This document shows, piece after piece, positions 18,355-27,937 of a DNA stretch of 64,000 nt; position 1 is the first letter of the stretch; each line of letters starts with the position of its first letter. Source of the stretch: a virus. The notes beneath the pieces were generated by a model. That model had not been told where the DNA came from. It ran no database searches and saw only the letters and a program-made list of their open reading frames with translations. The stretch covers positions 82,491 to 146,490 of IMG/VR virus record IMGVR_UViG_3300049324_000002. One strand, written 5' to 3'. The position numbers and the translations under genes were made by a program.

Positions 18355-19005
18355 TCAAGCAGTCAGCAAACGCAGGTTCTGAGAACCCAACACATAAGCC
18401 ATACCAGTCAAAAGAACACCAATCAAAAGACCGGCAAGACCATCCCACACACCAGAACCAGTAGCCATTGTCAAACTCAAACCAATCGAACCAAGAACAC
18501 AACCAATCATATCAGCAGTGTCCTCAGATAAAACAGTTTTCGCATTCACATTAGTAGTGGTGCGAAGCAATTCGATCCAACCAATACCTCTCGAAACACG
18601 CTCCTCATTTAATGCTTTATAAGCATTCCACCAAGAAGTGGCCTCCAAACAGAACGAGATAGCCAAAACAAGAATACCAACCCCATTCAGTGAATTAGAA
18701 ACCTCATCACCGAACACTGAACGAATACCCTCGTAAATGGCGTACAAACCACCAATCACAAACATATTCACAGAAGCAACCAACGCCCAGAAGAACTGCG
18801 CCTTACTCCAACGCTTTGAGTGCCACACACCACCCAAAAGAATCAATTCAGTGGAGCTATCAACCAATGAGTGCGCCGCTTCAGACAACATAGCGGCAGA
18901 ACCAGTGAGAAAACCAATTCCCGCTTTAGCAACGAAGATCGTCGTGTTCACACCCAACGCCCAAACGACGGGGCCTGAACTGTGGGTTTCCGTGGTGTTC
19001 GTCAT
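18355..19005 (-). CDS. cation diffusion facilitator (CDF) transporter, transmembrane domain only
   Basis: TGSAAMLSEAAHSLVDS signature, EDTAD in TM5, 6 TM, no C-terminal cytoplasmic domain. Confidence 0.88.
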   Translation of the reverse strand: MTNTTETHSSGPVVWALGVNTTIFVAKAGIGFLTGSAAMLSEAAHSLVDSSTELILLGGVWHSKRWSKAQFFWALVASVNMFVIGGLYAIYEGIRSVFGDEVSNSLNGVGILVLAISFCLEATSWWNAYKALNEERVSRGIGWIELLRTTTNVNAKTVLSEDTADMIGCVLGSIGLSLTMATGSGVWDGLAGLLIGVLLTGMAYVLGSQNLRLLTA

Positions 19006-19109
19006 ACAAGAAGCATAACGTAAGCACGACGACAACGCAAGTCAGTAGACATACACGATCGAGTAGTAACACAACTGGCCCCACCTACGATGCAAGTGAG
19101 GCCAATCGA

Positions 19110-19349
19110 TTAAACAAACCTCGGGAAATCAATTGAATAGGTCCAAGCAGGAAGCGCATGATACAATCTACGAATCACATCAAAAAGAATGGCAGTATCA
19201 CCACTCACAGTATAAATAGCAGCAACAGAATTCAATTCAACCTCAAGACCAGGATTACCACCAGTAGCATCAAAGAAAACAGCTTCAATGGTGGTACTGA
19301 AATCACTATTCATATTGATTTTAATAAACGAATCCATTTGCTTAACCAA
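19110..19349 (-). CDS. hypothetical protein
   Basis: ORF. Confidence 0.5.
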   Translation of the reverse strand: MVKQMDSFIKINMNSDFSTTIEAVFFDATGGNPGLEVELNSVAAIYTVSGDTAILFDVIRRLYHALPAWTYSIDFPRFV

Positions 19350-19385
19350 TCCAAGAATGAATCACCAAGAAACGATTAACAACAA

Positions 19386-19634
19386 TCAATCTTCAATTAC
19401 AACATTACTAGAATGAATCCACGCCATGTGCCCAACAAAGTCACCTTCGCTTTCTGGCCAAACATAAAGCCAACCACCATTCTCAACAGCACCCAAAGAA
19501 CACAAAACAACGTCATCAGCATGTCCAGAAATTTCACCACTCTGACCATTCGGCTTAAACACAACATCGCATTTCAGAATAGCTCTAACAGTATCAGTGT
19601 GGTGATTCTTAAAATTAGACACAATGACCCCCAA
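19386..19634 (-). CDS. hypothetical protein
   Basis: ORF. Confidence 0.55.
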   Translation of the reverse strand: MGVIVSNFKNHHTDTVRAILKCDVVFKPNGQSGEISGHADDVVLCSLGAVENGGWLYVWPESEGDFVGHMAWIHSSNVVIED

Positions 19635-19694
19635 TAAGAAAATGAATCACGTAGAAACGATTACGAATTACCGACCGCCAATAGGTGAAAGACA

Positions 19695-19940
19695 TTACGG
19701 GGCAGTCAAAACCTTTTCAGCCGGGACATCGTCAACCGCAACACGGCCACGCAACGCACGAACCGCCCGTACGCGCACCACACCACCAGCACCGGGATAA
19801 CCATCAACGATCACCGCACGACCCGCCAGCGGCGAATCAACGCCCTCAGCCAACCGACCACGCACACCCGGGAACAACCGCGAATCACGCACCACAACCT
19901 CCAAGTTTTTGTGACTACACCCAGTACATCGTAAAACCAC
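19695..19940 (-). CDS. hypothetical protein
   Basis: CTGC motif, SH3-like tail. Confidence 0.5.
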   Translation of the reverse strand: MVLRCTGCSHKNLEVVVRDSRLFPGVRGRLAEGVDSPLAGRAVIVDGYPGAGGVVRVRAVRALRGRVAVDDVPAEKVLTAP

Positions 19941-19949
19941 GCAAGAACG

Positions 19950-20291
19950 TTACGACCGAACAGCGTGAATCTGGGCAAGAACCTCATCAGACAAATCCAC
20001 CACACCCATATCTTCAAGAACAGAAAGCGCGCCCTCAATGTCACCCTCACCCGGACCATCCGCACACATCTCAATAACCGCATTCAACAAACCACGATCA
20101 CCCAACAAACGCATTCCCAAACGCGACACAACAGCGCTCACAGAAGCGTGCTCCTCCAACAAATCAGAACGACCAGCGGTTGACAATTCAATCATTGAAG
20201 TCACCGCACCATCAAAAGCCTTTGCAAGCGTAGAATCCAGAGGACCGGCAAACACGAAATCAGCCATTTCATTTCCCTCGATGTTCGTCAT
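19950..20291 (-). CDS. hypothetical protein, paralogue of 21246-21605
   Basis: GPLD..AKAFD...RLGMRLLG. Confidence 0.75.
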   Translation of the reverse strand: MTNIEGNEMADFVFAGPLDSTLAKAFDGAVTSMIELSTAGRSDLLEEHASVSAVVSRLGMRLLGDRGLLNAVIEMCADGPGEGDIEGALSVLEDMGVVDLSDEVLAQIHAVRS

Positions 20292-20336
20292 GATGAAATC
20301 ATAGCACAGTTGGACAGACCACGCAAGTAGGTAAAC

Positions 20337-20603
20337 CTAGCGATTCAGGGGAACGCCCGCAGCGACAGACAGAGCAGCATCACGAGCGGCGGCCAAACGA
20401 TCCCGGCCAGCGGCCGTCAGGCGCACCCGCAGACGCACAACACGACCGCGACGCACCGACACCACCTCAGCCAAACCAGCGGACACCACCTCGTCAACAG
20501 TCGACAGAAGCGACGCACCCACCTCAACCAACTCAGGCTCACGACCAGCCAGCTCCAGCGCGCTGAAAACCAACCGAGGCCGGGAAAACTTTGTGTTCGT
20601 CAT
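20337..20603 (-). CDS. winged-helix-like small protein (MTNT start)
   Basis: VSAGLAEV...LTAAGR wing motif. Confidence 0.65.
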   Translation of the reverse strand: MTNTKFSRPRLVFSALELAGREPELVEVGASLLSTVDEVVSAGLAEVVSVRRGRVVRLRVRLTAAGRDRLAAARDAALSVAAGVPLNR

Positions 20604-20657
20604 GATGAAATCATAGCATAGCTGGACCCAACACGCAAGCCGGTAAAGCAAGAATTT

Positions 20658-21143
20658 CTAGCAAACCTCAAGAGCAGAGCGCAGCACCCAACCAACACAC
20701 GAAGTGCTACCGCCCCGACGCACCCAAGTCACCCGGACCGATTCATCGTCAAGCGCACCACGCGCGCACCAAACAATTGCACCTTTACTAACACGCACAT
20801 ACGTATCACCATCAGATAAAGAAACAACAGTCAACAAACGACACTTAACACGCTCAGAAGTAATGTCAGGATTAATCATTGCACCGGCTTGAGCAATTAC
20901 AGTAGCGGGACTAGAAACAGGTAATGGCTCTTTGGCATAATCACCAGTACCATTCTTACAATCACGCCTATCCTTTTGCACACATCGAACAAACAACGAA
21001 ACAAGGTAACCAATCAACAACATCAACCAAAAGACACCAGTAATCGTAAAATATGTCATGGGAGAAACGAATCCAGTAATGAATTCAAGGGCAGTGAAAC
21101 CACCCCACCAAGCAATGGAATGAATCGCAATAGTGTTCGTCAT
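20658..21143 (-). CDS. membrane protein with C-terminal SH3-like domain (MTNT start)
   Basis: Two TM segments; cassette promoter. Confidence 0.65.
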   Translation of the reverse strand: MTNTIAIHSIAWWGGFTALEFITGFVSPMTYFTITGVFWLMLLIGYLVSLFVRCVQKDRRDCKNGTGDYAKEPLPVSSPATVIAQAGAMINPDITSERVKCRLLTVVSLSDGDTYVRVSKGAIVWCARGALDDESVRVTWVRRGGSTSCVGWVLRSALEVC

Positions 21144-21245
21144 GCAACAAGCATAGCATAGCTGGACACGACACGCAAATCGGTAGCGACAAACAGAAGA
21201 TCCCCCACCCGGGCAGGCGAGGGACCGTCTGGAGCCATAGACCAA

Positions 21246-21605
21246 CTACCCAACGGAGGCACACGCCGCGAGCACCTGAGCAGCCACAACATCGTCAAGC
21301 TCCACAATGCCCTCACTCCACAACCAACCCAGAGCGCCCATCAGCCCAAACGTAGAATCAGGGCCTGACGGAACATCACGAACCACACCCATTACTTCCT
21401 GAACCACCCGACGCGAACCAAGCAAACGCATTCCCAAACGAATGATTGAATCTTGCAATTCCATTTCACCATCAACAATGAAATCAGGAATGGCATCGAA
21501 TTCGTGCATAGCATCAAGCAACCGATCAAACGCTTTAACCATTGCCAGATCCAGCGGACCGGTCACAGACAACTTAGCCACAACGACCTCCAAGTTTTTG
21601 ACCAC
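21246..21605 (-). CDS. hypothetical protein, paralogue of 19950-20291
   Basis: GPLD..VKAFD...RLGMRLLG. Confidence 0.7.
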   Translation of the reverse strand: MVKNLEVVVAKLSVTGPLDLAMVKAFDRLLDAMHEFDAIPDFIVDGEMELQDSIIRLGMRLLGSRRVVQEVMGVVRDVPSGPDSTFGLMGALGWLWSEGIVELDDVVAAQVLAACASVG

Positions 21606-21619
21606 AACAACGGGATGAA

Positions 21620-21868
21620 TCAGTACTCGAAACGAGGGAAGTCAGGAATATCAATTCCCTGCTCTTCCATGATTTCAGAAGCAACACGCAATGCGGACTT
21701 CAACTCAATAGCAGCAATAGCCACATTCCGAGCCGCACGCTTAATCGTTTCGACGTCAGTCACATCCAAGAAATCTTTACCATTCTCAGCAAGAGAATCG
21801 AGAGTGGACTCGACACAACCAGCAATGTCACTCACGGTGATGGCTGGCTTTTTCGTTGTGTTCGTCAT
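21620..21868 (-). CDS. hypothetical protein (MTNT start)
   Basis: Cassette promoter. Confidence 0.75.
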   Translation of the reverse strand: MTNTTKKPAITVSDIAGCVESTLDSLAENGKDFLDVTDVETIKRAARNVAIAAIELKSALRVASEIMEEQGIDIPDFPRFEY

Positions 21869-21928
21869 GCTGAAAGCATAGCATAAGCACGAACACCACG
21901 CAACCCTGCATAACAAGATTTTCTAGAC

Positions 21929-21973
21929 AAAAGCCAGGAGCCCCCACCCACTCGGGGCAAGAGGCTCCTGGCT
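21929..21973 (-). terminator. intrinsic terminator after tRNA-like RNA
   Basis: AGCCAGGAGCC/GGCTCCTGGCT stem followed by TTTT on minus strand. Confidence 0.75.
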
Positions 21974-21976
21974 AAA

Positions 21977-22051
21977 CCACCTAGGTAGGGAGTCGAACCC
22001 TACTTACCACCCCCTCACGAAGTGGCGTCCTTCCGACTAAACGACTAGGTA
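21977..22051 (-). ncRNA. tRNA-like RNA with aberrant anticodon arm
   Basis: TACCTAG/CTAGGTG acceptor, GTTT/GGAC D-stem, GTAGGG-TTCGACT-CCCTAC T-arm, 19-nt arm CCACTTC-GTGA-GGGGGTGG; own promoter 22075-22103 and terminator. Confidence 0.7.
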
Positions 22052-22184
22052 GCTGGTGTTTCGGTGATGTAAGAAGCATAGCACGACACAGCGAACCACG
22101 CAACCCTGTAGAGCAAGATTTTCTAGACAAAACAGAAGCGATCCCCCACCCGGGCAGGCAGGGGATCGCGAGGGACGAAGCAGG

Positions 22185-22406
22185 TCAAGAGCCATACGCA
22201 CGGCGCAGCTCAGTCAACGCGTCAGCCACCTGACGGACCTGAGCGGCATAAGGCAACCGAAACCACGTGCCAGCACCCAAGTGAGCATCAACCTCAACCG
22301 GTGCCCATTTCCAAGCCAACCCAAGATCAGAGCTAGCAGTCAGCTCAGTACCATCAGAAGCGACAATGGACATTTCGCCAATCAGAGCAGATCCGGTGTT
22401 CGTCAT
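22185..22406 (-). CDS. hypothetical protein (MTNT start)
   Basis: Cassette promoter. Confidence 0.75.
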   Translation of the reverse strand: MTNTGSALIGEMSIVASDGTELTASSDLGLAWKWAPVEVDAHLGAGTWFRLPYAAQVRQVADALTELRRAYGS

Positions 22407-22653
22407 GCAAGAAGCATAGCACGACCACGTGGATCACACAACCTCGTAGATTCACACGATCGAGTAGTAACGAACCCTACCTAGACGTGCCAAGAATGAA
22501 CAAAAGAAACACAGAAACCATGAAGACAATGAAACAAATAATAAACAATTGAGACAACGCCAACGAAAGACCAACAAACGTAAGCACCAAAGACACAAAT
22601 GCAATTATCGATAAGCTCCAGAAAACAAATAGATCAAACATAATAAACACCAA

Positions 22654-22914
22654 TCACGATGAAACAGGATCGGGAATAGAACTAGGATCAGTGCAATCAG
22701 TGATATCTGGATTAGACACATGCAATTTATGCATTGCAGTACAAATACCATCACGCTCAGCAGGAGTTAGCTGATGAACATCAGAACTGGTAACAGGATT
22801 AGCAGGAACAGTCGGTGTAGCAGTAGGAGAACCAAACAAACCAATGAGCACAAGAATGATAACAACCATAAATACAATGTTCCTGATCTTCTTTTTCATC
22901 TTAATCCCGTGCAT
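22654..22914 (-). CDS. small secreted/membrane-anchored protein
   Basis: KKKIR plus hydrophobic signal. Confidence 0.6.
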   Translation of the reverse strand: MHGIKMKKKIRNIVFMVVIILVLIGLFGSPTATPTVPANPVTSSDVHQLTPAERDGICTAMHKLHVSNPDITDCTDPSSIPDPVSS

Positions 22915-23086
22915 TCCTGAGCAAAGTCACTTGCTCTTCCTTATAATGGTCAACGCCATCAGAAAACTCAATAGACAAAGGCCAATCCGAACCATCGTCA
23001 ATACCAATAATCAACCCAGTATCGTCTTCACCATTCCTAGTGTAATAAACCACATCACCAACACGAAGCATAACAACTCCTAACAA
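22901..23086 (-). CDS. SH3-like protein
   Basis: LRVGDVVYY...G.IIGID. Confidence 0.6.
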   Translation of the reverse strand: MLGVVMLRVGDVVYYTRNGEDDTGLIIGIDDGSDWPLSIEFSDGVDHYKEEQVTLLRNARD

Positions 23087-23509
23087 AAAGAAATGGAATA
23101 AAAAATAATAGTCAAATATCAGCTAGTATGCATAATCATAGCTATTACAAATGCAACAATGACGGAAGTCAAAAAAAGAAGAAGCACACTACTACCTGAA
23201 ATTTTCTTTTTCACGTTTGCCATTACAGATCCCATCTTCTTAACAAATGGAAACCGCTGACCCGGACGGCCATGGTCAACTCATCCAGGCCAACGGCTAG
23301 CTCTTTTTCGCCTCACGCATTAACGTATTGTGGTAAGGACAAAGGAATGCAGGAGGAGCATTCTCACGAACAAACAAAACAGTGCCAGGCTGATCGCAAG
23401 ACTCAAGAGTGAAATCGCATTTACCAAACACCAAAAGCCTAAACCAAGCGACAAACCTAGTCCAGCTCATCACATACCACCAATCATCTCGAACAACGAA
23501 GGAAAACGA

Positions 23510-23797
23510 TTAACGATTTCTAGGAGCCTCGTTGAAATCAATACCTGGGTATTTAATCGCCAACGCCGCCTTAGCCTTTGCTACATGTTTAGCGTTAGAC
23601 GGTTTCCAATAAGGACCCTGAAATGTATGCACACCAGTCTTTGTCCCATAAACCACTCGAGTCTCATCATCGAAATAAACAAACCCAAATGGATAAGAAT
23701 CATCACCCGAACGATTCTCAATACTAGTGACCTCCATCAATCTCATCCCTTTCCGCATCCTTAGCAAGAATGGCACAAACCTCAGTAAGCCCACCAC
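23510..23797 (-). CDS. hypothetical protein (probable start MEVTS)
   Basis: ORF. Confidence 0.55.
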   Translation of the reverse strand: MVGLLRFVPFLLRMRKGMRLMEVTSIENRSGDDSYPFGFVYFDDETRVVYGTKTGVHTFQGPYWKPSNAKHVAKAKAALAIKYPGIDFNEAPRNR

Positions 23798-24038
23798 GCA
23801 ACCGAATAGACCAATCTAGATACTCAAACTCTTTAGATAGATCAACCATCCAAGAATGCAGAGCCTCTAAATCCATGGAGAACCGTGAATAACGAAGCCA
23901 CGCATTAGGCTTATCAGGACGAGTAAAGATTGCATACACACCATCTTTATCGTCAGTGGAACTAAACGGTGAAGCATCCCGTAAATCAAGCATCAGAATC
24001 ACCATAAGCCGCAATACGAGCGTAGCAATCAGCGTCAA
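23724..24038 (-). CDS. hypothetical protein (probable start MLDLR)
   Basis: ORF. Confidence 0.55.
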   Translation of the reverse strand: MTLIATLVLRLMVILMLDLRDASPFSSTDDKDGVYAIFTRPDKPNAWLRYSRFSMDLEALHSWMVDLSKEFEYLDWSIRLRGGLTEVCAILAKDAERDEIDGGH

Positions 24039-24405
24039 TTCCTGTCTTAATCAACTCACGCTCATCATCAGTCAAGTAAGGAAATGCATTCTGAATAAGC
24101 TCGCCATCAACCCAAGCCTGAATACGCTTAACTGGAAGCTTAAGCGTAGATGCCTTACCACACATAAGGCACGGGCGACAAACAAAGTCAGTAAGCGTTT
24201 CAACATTCAAATCAAACACACGAGCATAGTATTCCATTTGCCCGCCGTGATCACTAACCAAAACCTTCGCAGTACCATTATACTCAGTACCGCGAGTCAC
24301 CATAACAAAAAGCCATTCTTCACCACGAAAAGACACAACAACGTCATCACGCTTAACGACACGACCACTAGCATCGGTCACACGGAATTCATCCATTTTC
24401 AGCAC
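23986..24405 (-). CDS. hypothetical protein with CxxC
   Basis: CLMCG...LIQNAFPYLTDDERELIKTGI motif. Confidence 0.7.
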   Translation of the reverse strand: MLKMDEFRVTDASGRVVKRDDVVVSFRGEEWLFVMVTRGTEYNGTAKVLVSDHGGQMEYYARVFDLNVETLTDFVCRPCLMCGKASTLKLPVKRIQAWVDGELIQNAFPYLTDDERELIKTGIDADCYARIAAYGDSDA

Positions 24406-24563
24406 CCCCGGGAGAACCTATCCTACCGAAGGGGAAAACCCCCTGCGGTGTTCGTCATGCTGAAAGCATAGCATAACTGGACACAGCACGCAAGTCAGTA
24501 GACATAGAAAAGCAAGAGGCCCAGCTCACCGGGGCAGGCGTGAGCTGGGCCTCAGAGCCAACG

Positions 24564-24839
24564 TCAGCGGACGGGAGGGCAGGGCAACCCAAGATCAGGG
24601 ATCTGGTAACCAGGGACCACAGAGCGACCACAGCGGAAGCACAGAGCCTCAGGCTCAAGAGCAATCGCCGCCAACGCATCATCCAATTTCTCAAACGTGC
24701 CGACCGTTGAAGTGGGCATTTTATCAACAACACGCTCCACCACAAACAAACCAATCGACAACTCAACCAACTTACAGCTACGGAGGTAAGCGAAACGACC
24801 GCCACCCACAGTGGCATTATTCCATCTGATGTTCGTCAT
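24564..24839 (-). CDS. hypothetical protein (MTNI start)
   Basis: Cassette promoter; CFRC. Confidence 0.65.
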   Translation of the reverse strand: MTNIRWNNATVGGGRFAYLRSCKLVELSIGLFVVERVVDKMPTSTVGTFEKLDDALAAIALEPEALCFRCGRSVVPGYQIPDLGLPCPPVR

Positions 24840-24875
24840 GCTAAAAGCATAGCATAGACAGACACAGCATGCAAA

Positions 24876-25133
24876 TCAGTAGCGGCCAGAAAACATGGAG
24901 CCGGGAGGAGGACCATAACCAAGAACACCAACCATACGGTCAAACTCGTTTTCCGCGCGGGTTTCCTCCGTGCCAGCCTCAGCCGCACGAAGCCAAGCAC
25001 TCTCAGCCCAAATCTCAGCCGCCGACTCAAGCTGCTGAACCATGATCTGATCCCAACACGACCGGACCTCGTCAACCGTAGAATGACGGTGCGGAACGCC
25101 TGGGATGTTGCCACATCGAATGGTGTTCGTCAT
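24876..25133 (-). CDS. hypothetical protein (MTNT start)
   Basis: IRCG...H.TVDEVRSC. Confidence 0.75.
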   Translation of the reverse strand: MTNTIRCGNIPGVPHRHSTVDEVRSCWDQIMVQQLESAAEIWAESAWLRAAEAGTEETRAENEFDRMVGVLGYGPPPGSMFSGRY

Positions 25134-25188
25134 GAAAGAAGCATAACACAACCCACACACATCACGCAAGCAGGTAGAACAAGATCTT

Positions 25189-25344
25189 CTATTCGCGAGT
25201 GCGGGCACGCAAGGCGCCAAACGCAGACGTAATCAAGAACAAAATAATACCAACAACCGCCAACCACAATAAAGTCTTAAACGCAAACCCAATAACAATG
25301 CACACAGCCCAAAGAAACAGTAGAAACACGATAAGAGCGATCAT
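25189..25344 (-). CDS. small 2-TM membrane protein
   Basis: MIALIVFLL...GFAFKTLLWLAVVG. Confidence 0.7.
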   Translation of the reverse strand: MIALIVFLLFLWAVCIVIGFAFKTLLWLAVVGIILFLITSAFGALRARTRE

Positions 25345-25457
25345 GTCAGTATAACGAGCACGAAACACAACCGATACGAACAGCGACCTCGGAAGGGGAA
25401 CGGCACCCAACCGAGGTCGCTGAAAGGGAAACGTCGACACGTCATCCCAATAACCTA

Positions 25458-25733
25458 TTAAGTTCTGCCAAGACCATTCAAAAACTCATAAGCCATGGTC
25501 TCATTCAAAGCAGCAGGAGCAGTATTGGTCGGGGGAACAATAACATCAGCAGCGACCAATTCATTGTAGCATTCAATCTGCCGTGGGATCATCTCAATGA
25601 AATCGTGAGTAGCCTTACGATTACGCATCACCCGCATACGGAAAGTAAGCTCACCATTCCGAAAACAAATACGACCCTCACGAGCACAAACAATGAGAAG
25701 CCTGTAAGTCGACCCACCTCTGCTATCAGCCAT
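25458..25733 (-). CDS. hypothetical protein
   Basis: ORF coupled to upstream gene. Confidence 0.6.
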   Translation of the reverse strand: MADSRGGSTYRLLIVCAREGRICFRNGELTFRMRVMRNRKATHDFIEMIPRQIECYNELVAADVIVPPTNTAPAALNETMAYEFLNGLGRT

Positions 25734-26019
25734 TACCTTTCACCTGTTCACGAATAGAACCCACAAGAACGCCAACATAATCGACATTCTCATCGCCAGC
25801 GTTATCAAAAGCATCCTGAACAGCCTGAGAAGCTACAGGATAACGAGACTCCAATTCATCAATCATCCAAGCTCGAGCCAATTTCTCAGAAGAATCAAGA
25901 GAATCGACATCAGTATCCAAAACCAACAAAGCCTGAATCAAATTGATGTCAGAAGTATTCCTCAGAATATGATTCCGACGCGTGCCAATATTTTCAGAAG
26001 AACTCGATGTGTTCGTCAT
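25726..26019 (-). CDS. hypothetical protein (MTNT start)
   Basis: Cassette promoter; WMIDELESRYP. Confidence 0.75.
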   Translation of the reverse strand: MTNTSSSSENIGTRRNHILRNTSDINLIQALLVLDTDVDSLDSSEKLARAWMIDELESRYPVASQAVQDAFDNAGDENVDYVGVLVGSIREQVKGNG

Positions 26020-26192
26020 GCAAGAAGCATAGCATGACATCGCACACCACGCAAGTCGGTAGAACAAGAATCTTTAGCCCAAACGCCAGCGGACCCCTCA
26101 ACCCTTGCGGGGAGGGGTCCGTGGCAGTGCGGCCCGGTAGATATTTATGACGAACACCCTTCGGGCCGCACCAGCCTAGGGAGCCTAACAGA

Positions 26193-26519
26193 TCAGACAG
26201 ACGGCAAATCAACCAGGAGGCCAAGCACCGCCCGAGAAAACCGAGCAAACGGTACGTTATTCAATCTCACACGATAGATCTCAGGACCAAAATGCTTACG
26301 GCCACCCAATTCAATCACCTCGTAAACACGCAAGTCAAAGTCGCCAGCTTCGATATCCTCAACTCGACATGTGACAGGAAGCTCACTGTGCTTATAAAGA
26401 CCATTCGAGGACATACGAACAGCATCAGTATTCAGCGGGACAAAACCAGAATCAAGAAGAAACTCGACGCAATCCAGAGTATTTACAATGGACTTTGAGG
26501 TATTCGCTGTGTTCGTCAT
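26193..26519 (-). CDS. hypothetical protein (MTNT start)
   Basis: Cassette promoter. Confidence 0.75.
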   Translation of the reverse strand: MTNTANTSKSIVNTLDCVEFLLDSGFVPLNTDAVRMSSNGLYKHSELPVTCRVEDIEAGDFDLRVYEVIELGGRKHFGPEIYRVRLNNVPFARFSRAVLGLLVDLPSV

Positions 26520-26890
26520 GCAAGAAGCATAGCATCATGTCAAACCATCCGCAAGTCGGTGGTACAAAGATTTACTGGAAGGGCTGACCCGGGGCAGCGG
26601 CCACCACCCGCAAGCAGGAACGTCGCGTCACAAACACGCACGCGGCACTGGCAGAAACCACACCGACGCACCCACGGAGCCACCTGAGACGGCACCACAG
26701 CACCCACAGGAGGCTCATCGTCCAACGACAACCCCGCCAACGCCGTCGACCCCGCAAGCAACGACACCGCAGCCTGATCAGACCAACCCCAAGCAGCAAA
26801 CCAATCCCGGATAGTCAGCATTCAAAACATCTTCCCCCAAAAGGGACGACTCCGCCACCCACAAAGGTAACGGAGCCATCACAGAAAGAA

Positions 26891-27238
26891 TCAATCAGAA
26901 GGATAAATAACAACGGAAAACGAGTAATAAGGCTCCAAACGAACCGAAACAGGAATCTGCAAAGGAAGTTCCATAGCCCTACGCAAAGCACCACGCAAAG
27001 GCATACCAAACTCGTAATAAAGAGTGTCAGCAATCTCTCCGCTCACACCGCCAGCGGCAGCACGCAGAGCCCATTCATCAGGACCACCCTCCCAAACAAT
27101 ACCGAAATGACCAGTCTCCATATAATTGTCAATCAACATAGGATGGCCGCAATCATCCATCAAGCCCTCATAACGCAACTCAATGGCTCTAAGAACGCGC
27201 TTAGCATTCTCACGGGAAACACTCTCGATGTTCGTCAT
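26891..27238 (-). CDS. hypothetical protein (MTNI start)
   Basis: IVWEGGPDEWA motif; promoter TTGACC-N17-TAGGCT. Confidence 0.75.
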   Translation of the reverse strand: MTNIESVSRENAKRVLRAIELRYEGLMDDCGHPMLIDNYMETGHFGIVWEGGPDEWALRAAAGGVSGEIADTLYYEFGMPLRGALRRAMELPLQIPVSVRLEPYYSFSVVIYPSD

Positions 27239-27385
27239 GCTGTAAGCCTACCATACCTAGAAAAGGTGGTCAAGTTTGGATAGGCCGGATCTGACGTAGC
27301 CCGACACCATAAGCACCCCAGCAAATAAATGCCTGCGATCAAGTGCTCATATAGTGCGTCCGTGCCTATACGGGTAACCATGGGA

Positions 27386-27883
27386 TCAGTCGAAGAACAG
27401 ATCCACAGGACGACCATTCAACAGCATCCGATCCTGACCAATAAATCCAGGTGAGCACGGACACATAGAACAGCCAGCATTGATACTGAACTTCCACTCA
27501 TCAAACTGCGGCAAAACAATCTCAATGCCGCACTCACGTAAAGCCTCGGCAATCGTAGCCAACACACCATTGTGCTGCATGTACTCTCGAGCATCCTTAA
27601 TAGACCGACGCTGGAAAGCAGCCAACACAGGATCCTTTACATCAGGATTCCGATCATTAGCTTCACGGACCAATTCAGTCTCACGATCACTAAAACCAGG
27701 AACGAAAGCATCCAACACACCATACGCCCGAACCTTAGCCCAGTAAGAACGGCTATCTCTTCCAGAAGGAAACGGGCGAATAACCAAGTGAACCTTAAAC
27801 TTCGAACCACAAACCTGATAATGTCCATTCTTGTCGATGGAAACGATGGCGGAGCCGGTAGATGTCTCAACTGTGTTCGTCAT
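27386..27883 (-). CDS. hypothetical protein with GCSMCPCSPGF motif (MTNT start)
   Basis: Cassette promoter; Cys motif. Confidence 0.8.
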   Translation of the reverse strand: MTNTVETSTGSAIVSIDKNGHYQVCGSKFKVHLVIRPFPSGRDSRSYWAKVRAYGVLDAFVPGFSDRETELVREANDRNPDVKDPVLAAFQRRSIKDAREYMQHNGVLATIAEALRECGIEIVLPQFDEWKFSINAGCSMCPCSPGFIGQDRMLLNGRPVDLFFD

Positions 27884-27937
27884 GTCACAACCATAGCATG
27901 GACGGGGGCAGCACGCAAGTCGGTAGACCAAGAATTT

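Noticed and set aside
21977-22051. Calling this tRNA-His(GTG) or tRNA-Ser(TGA)
   Set aside because: Neither register gives a proper 5-bp stem with a 7-nt loop and U33, so it is kept as tRNA-like.
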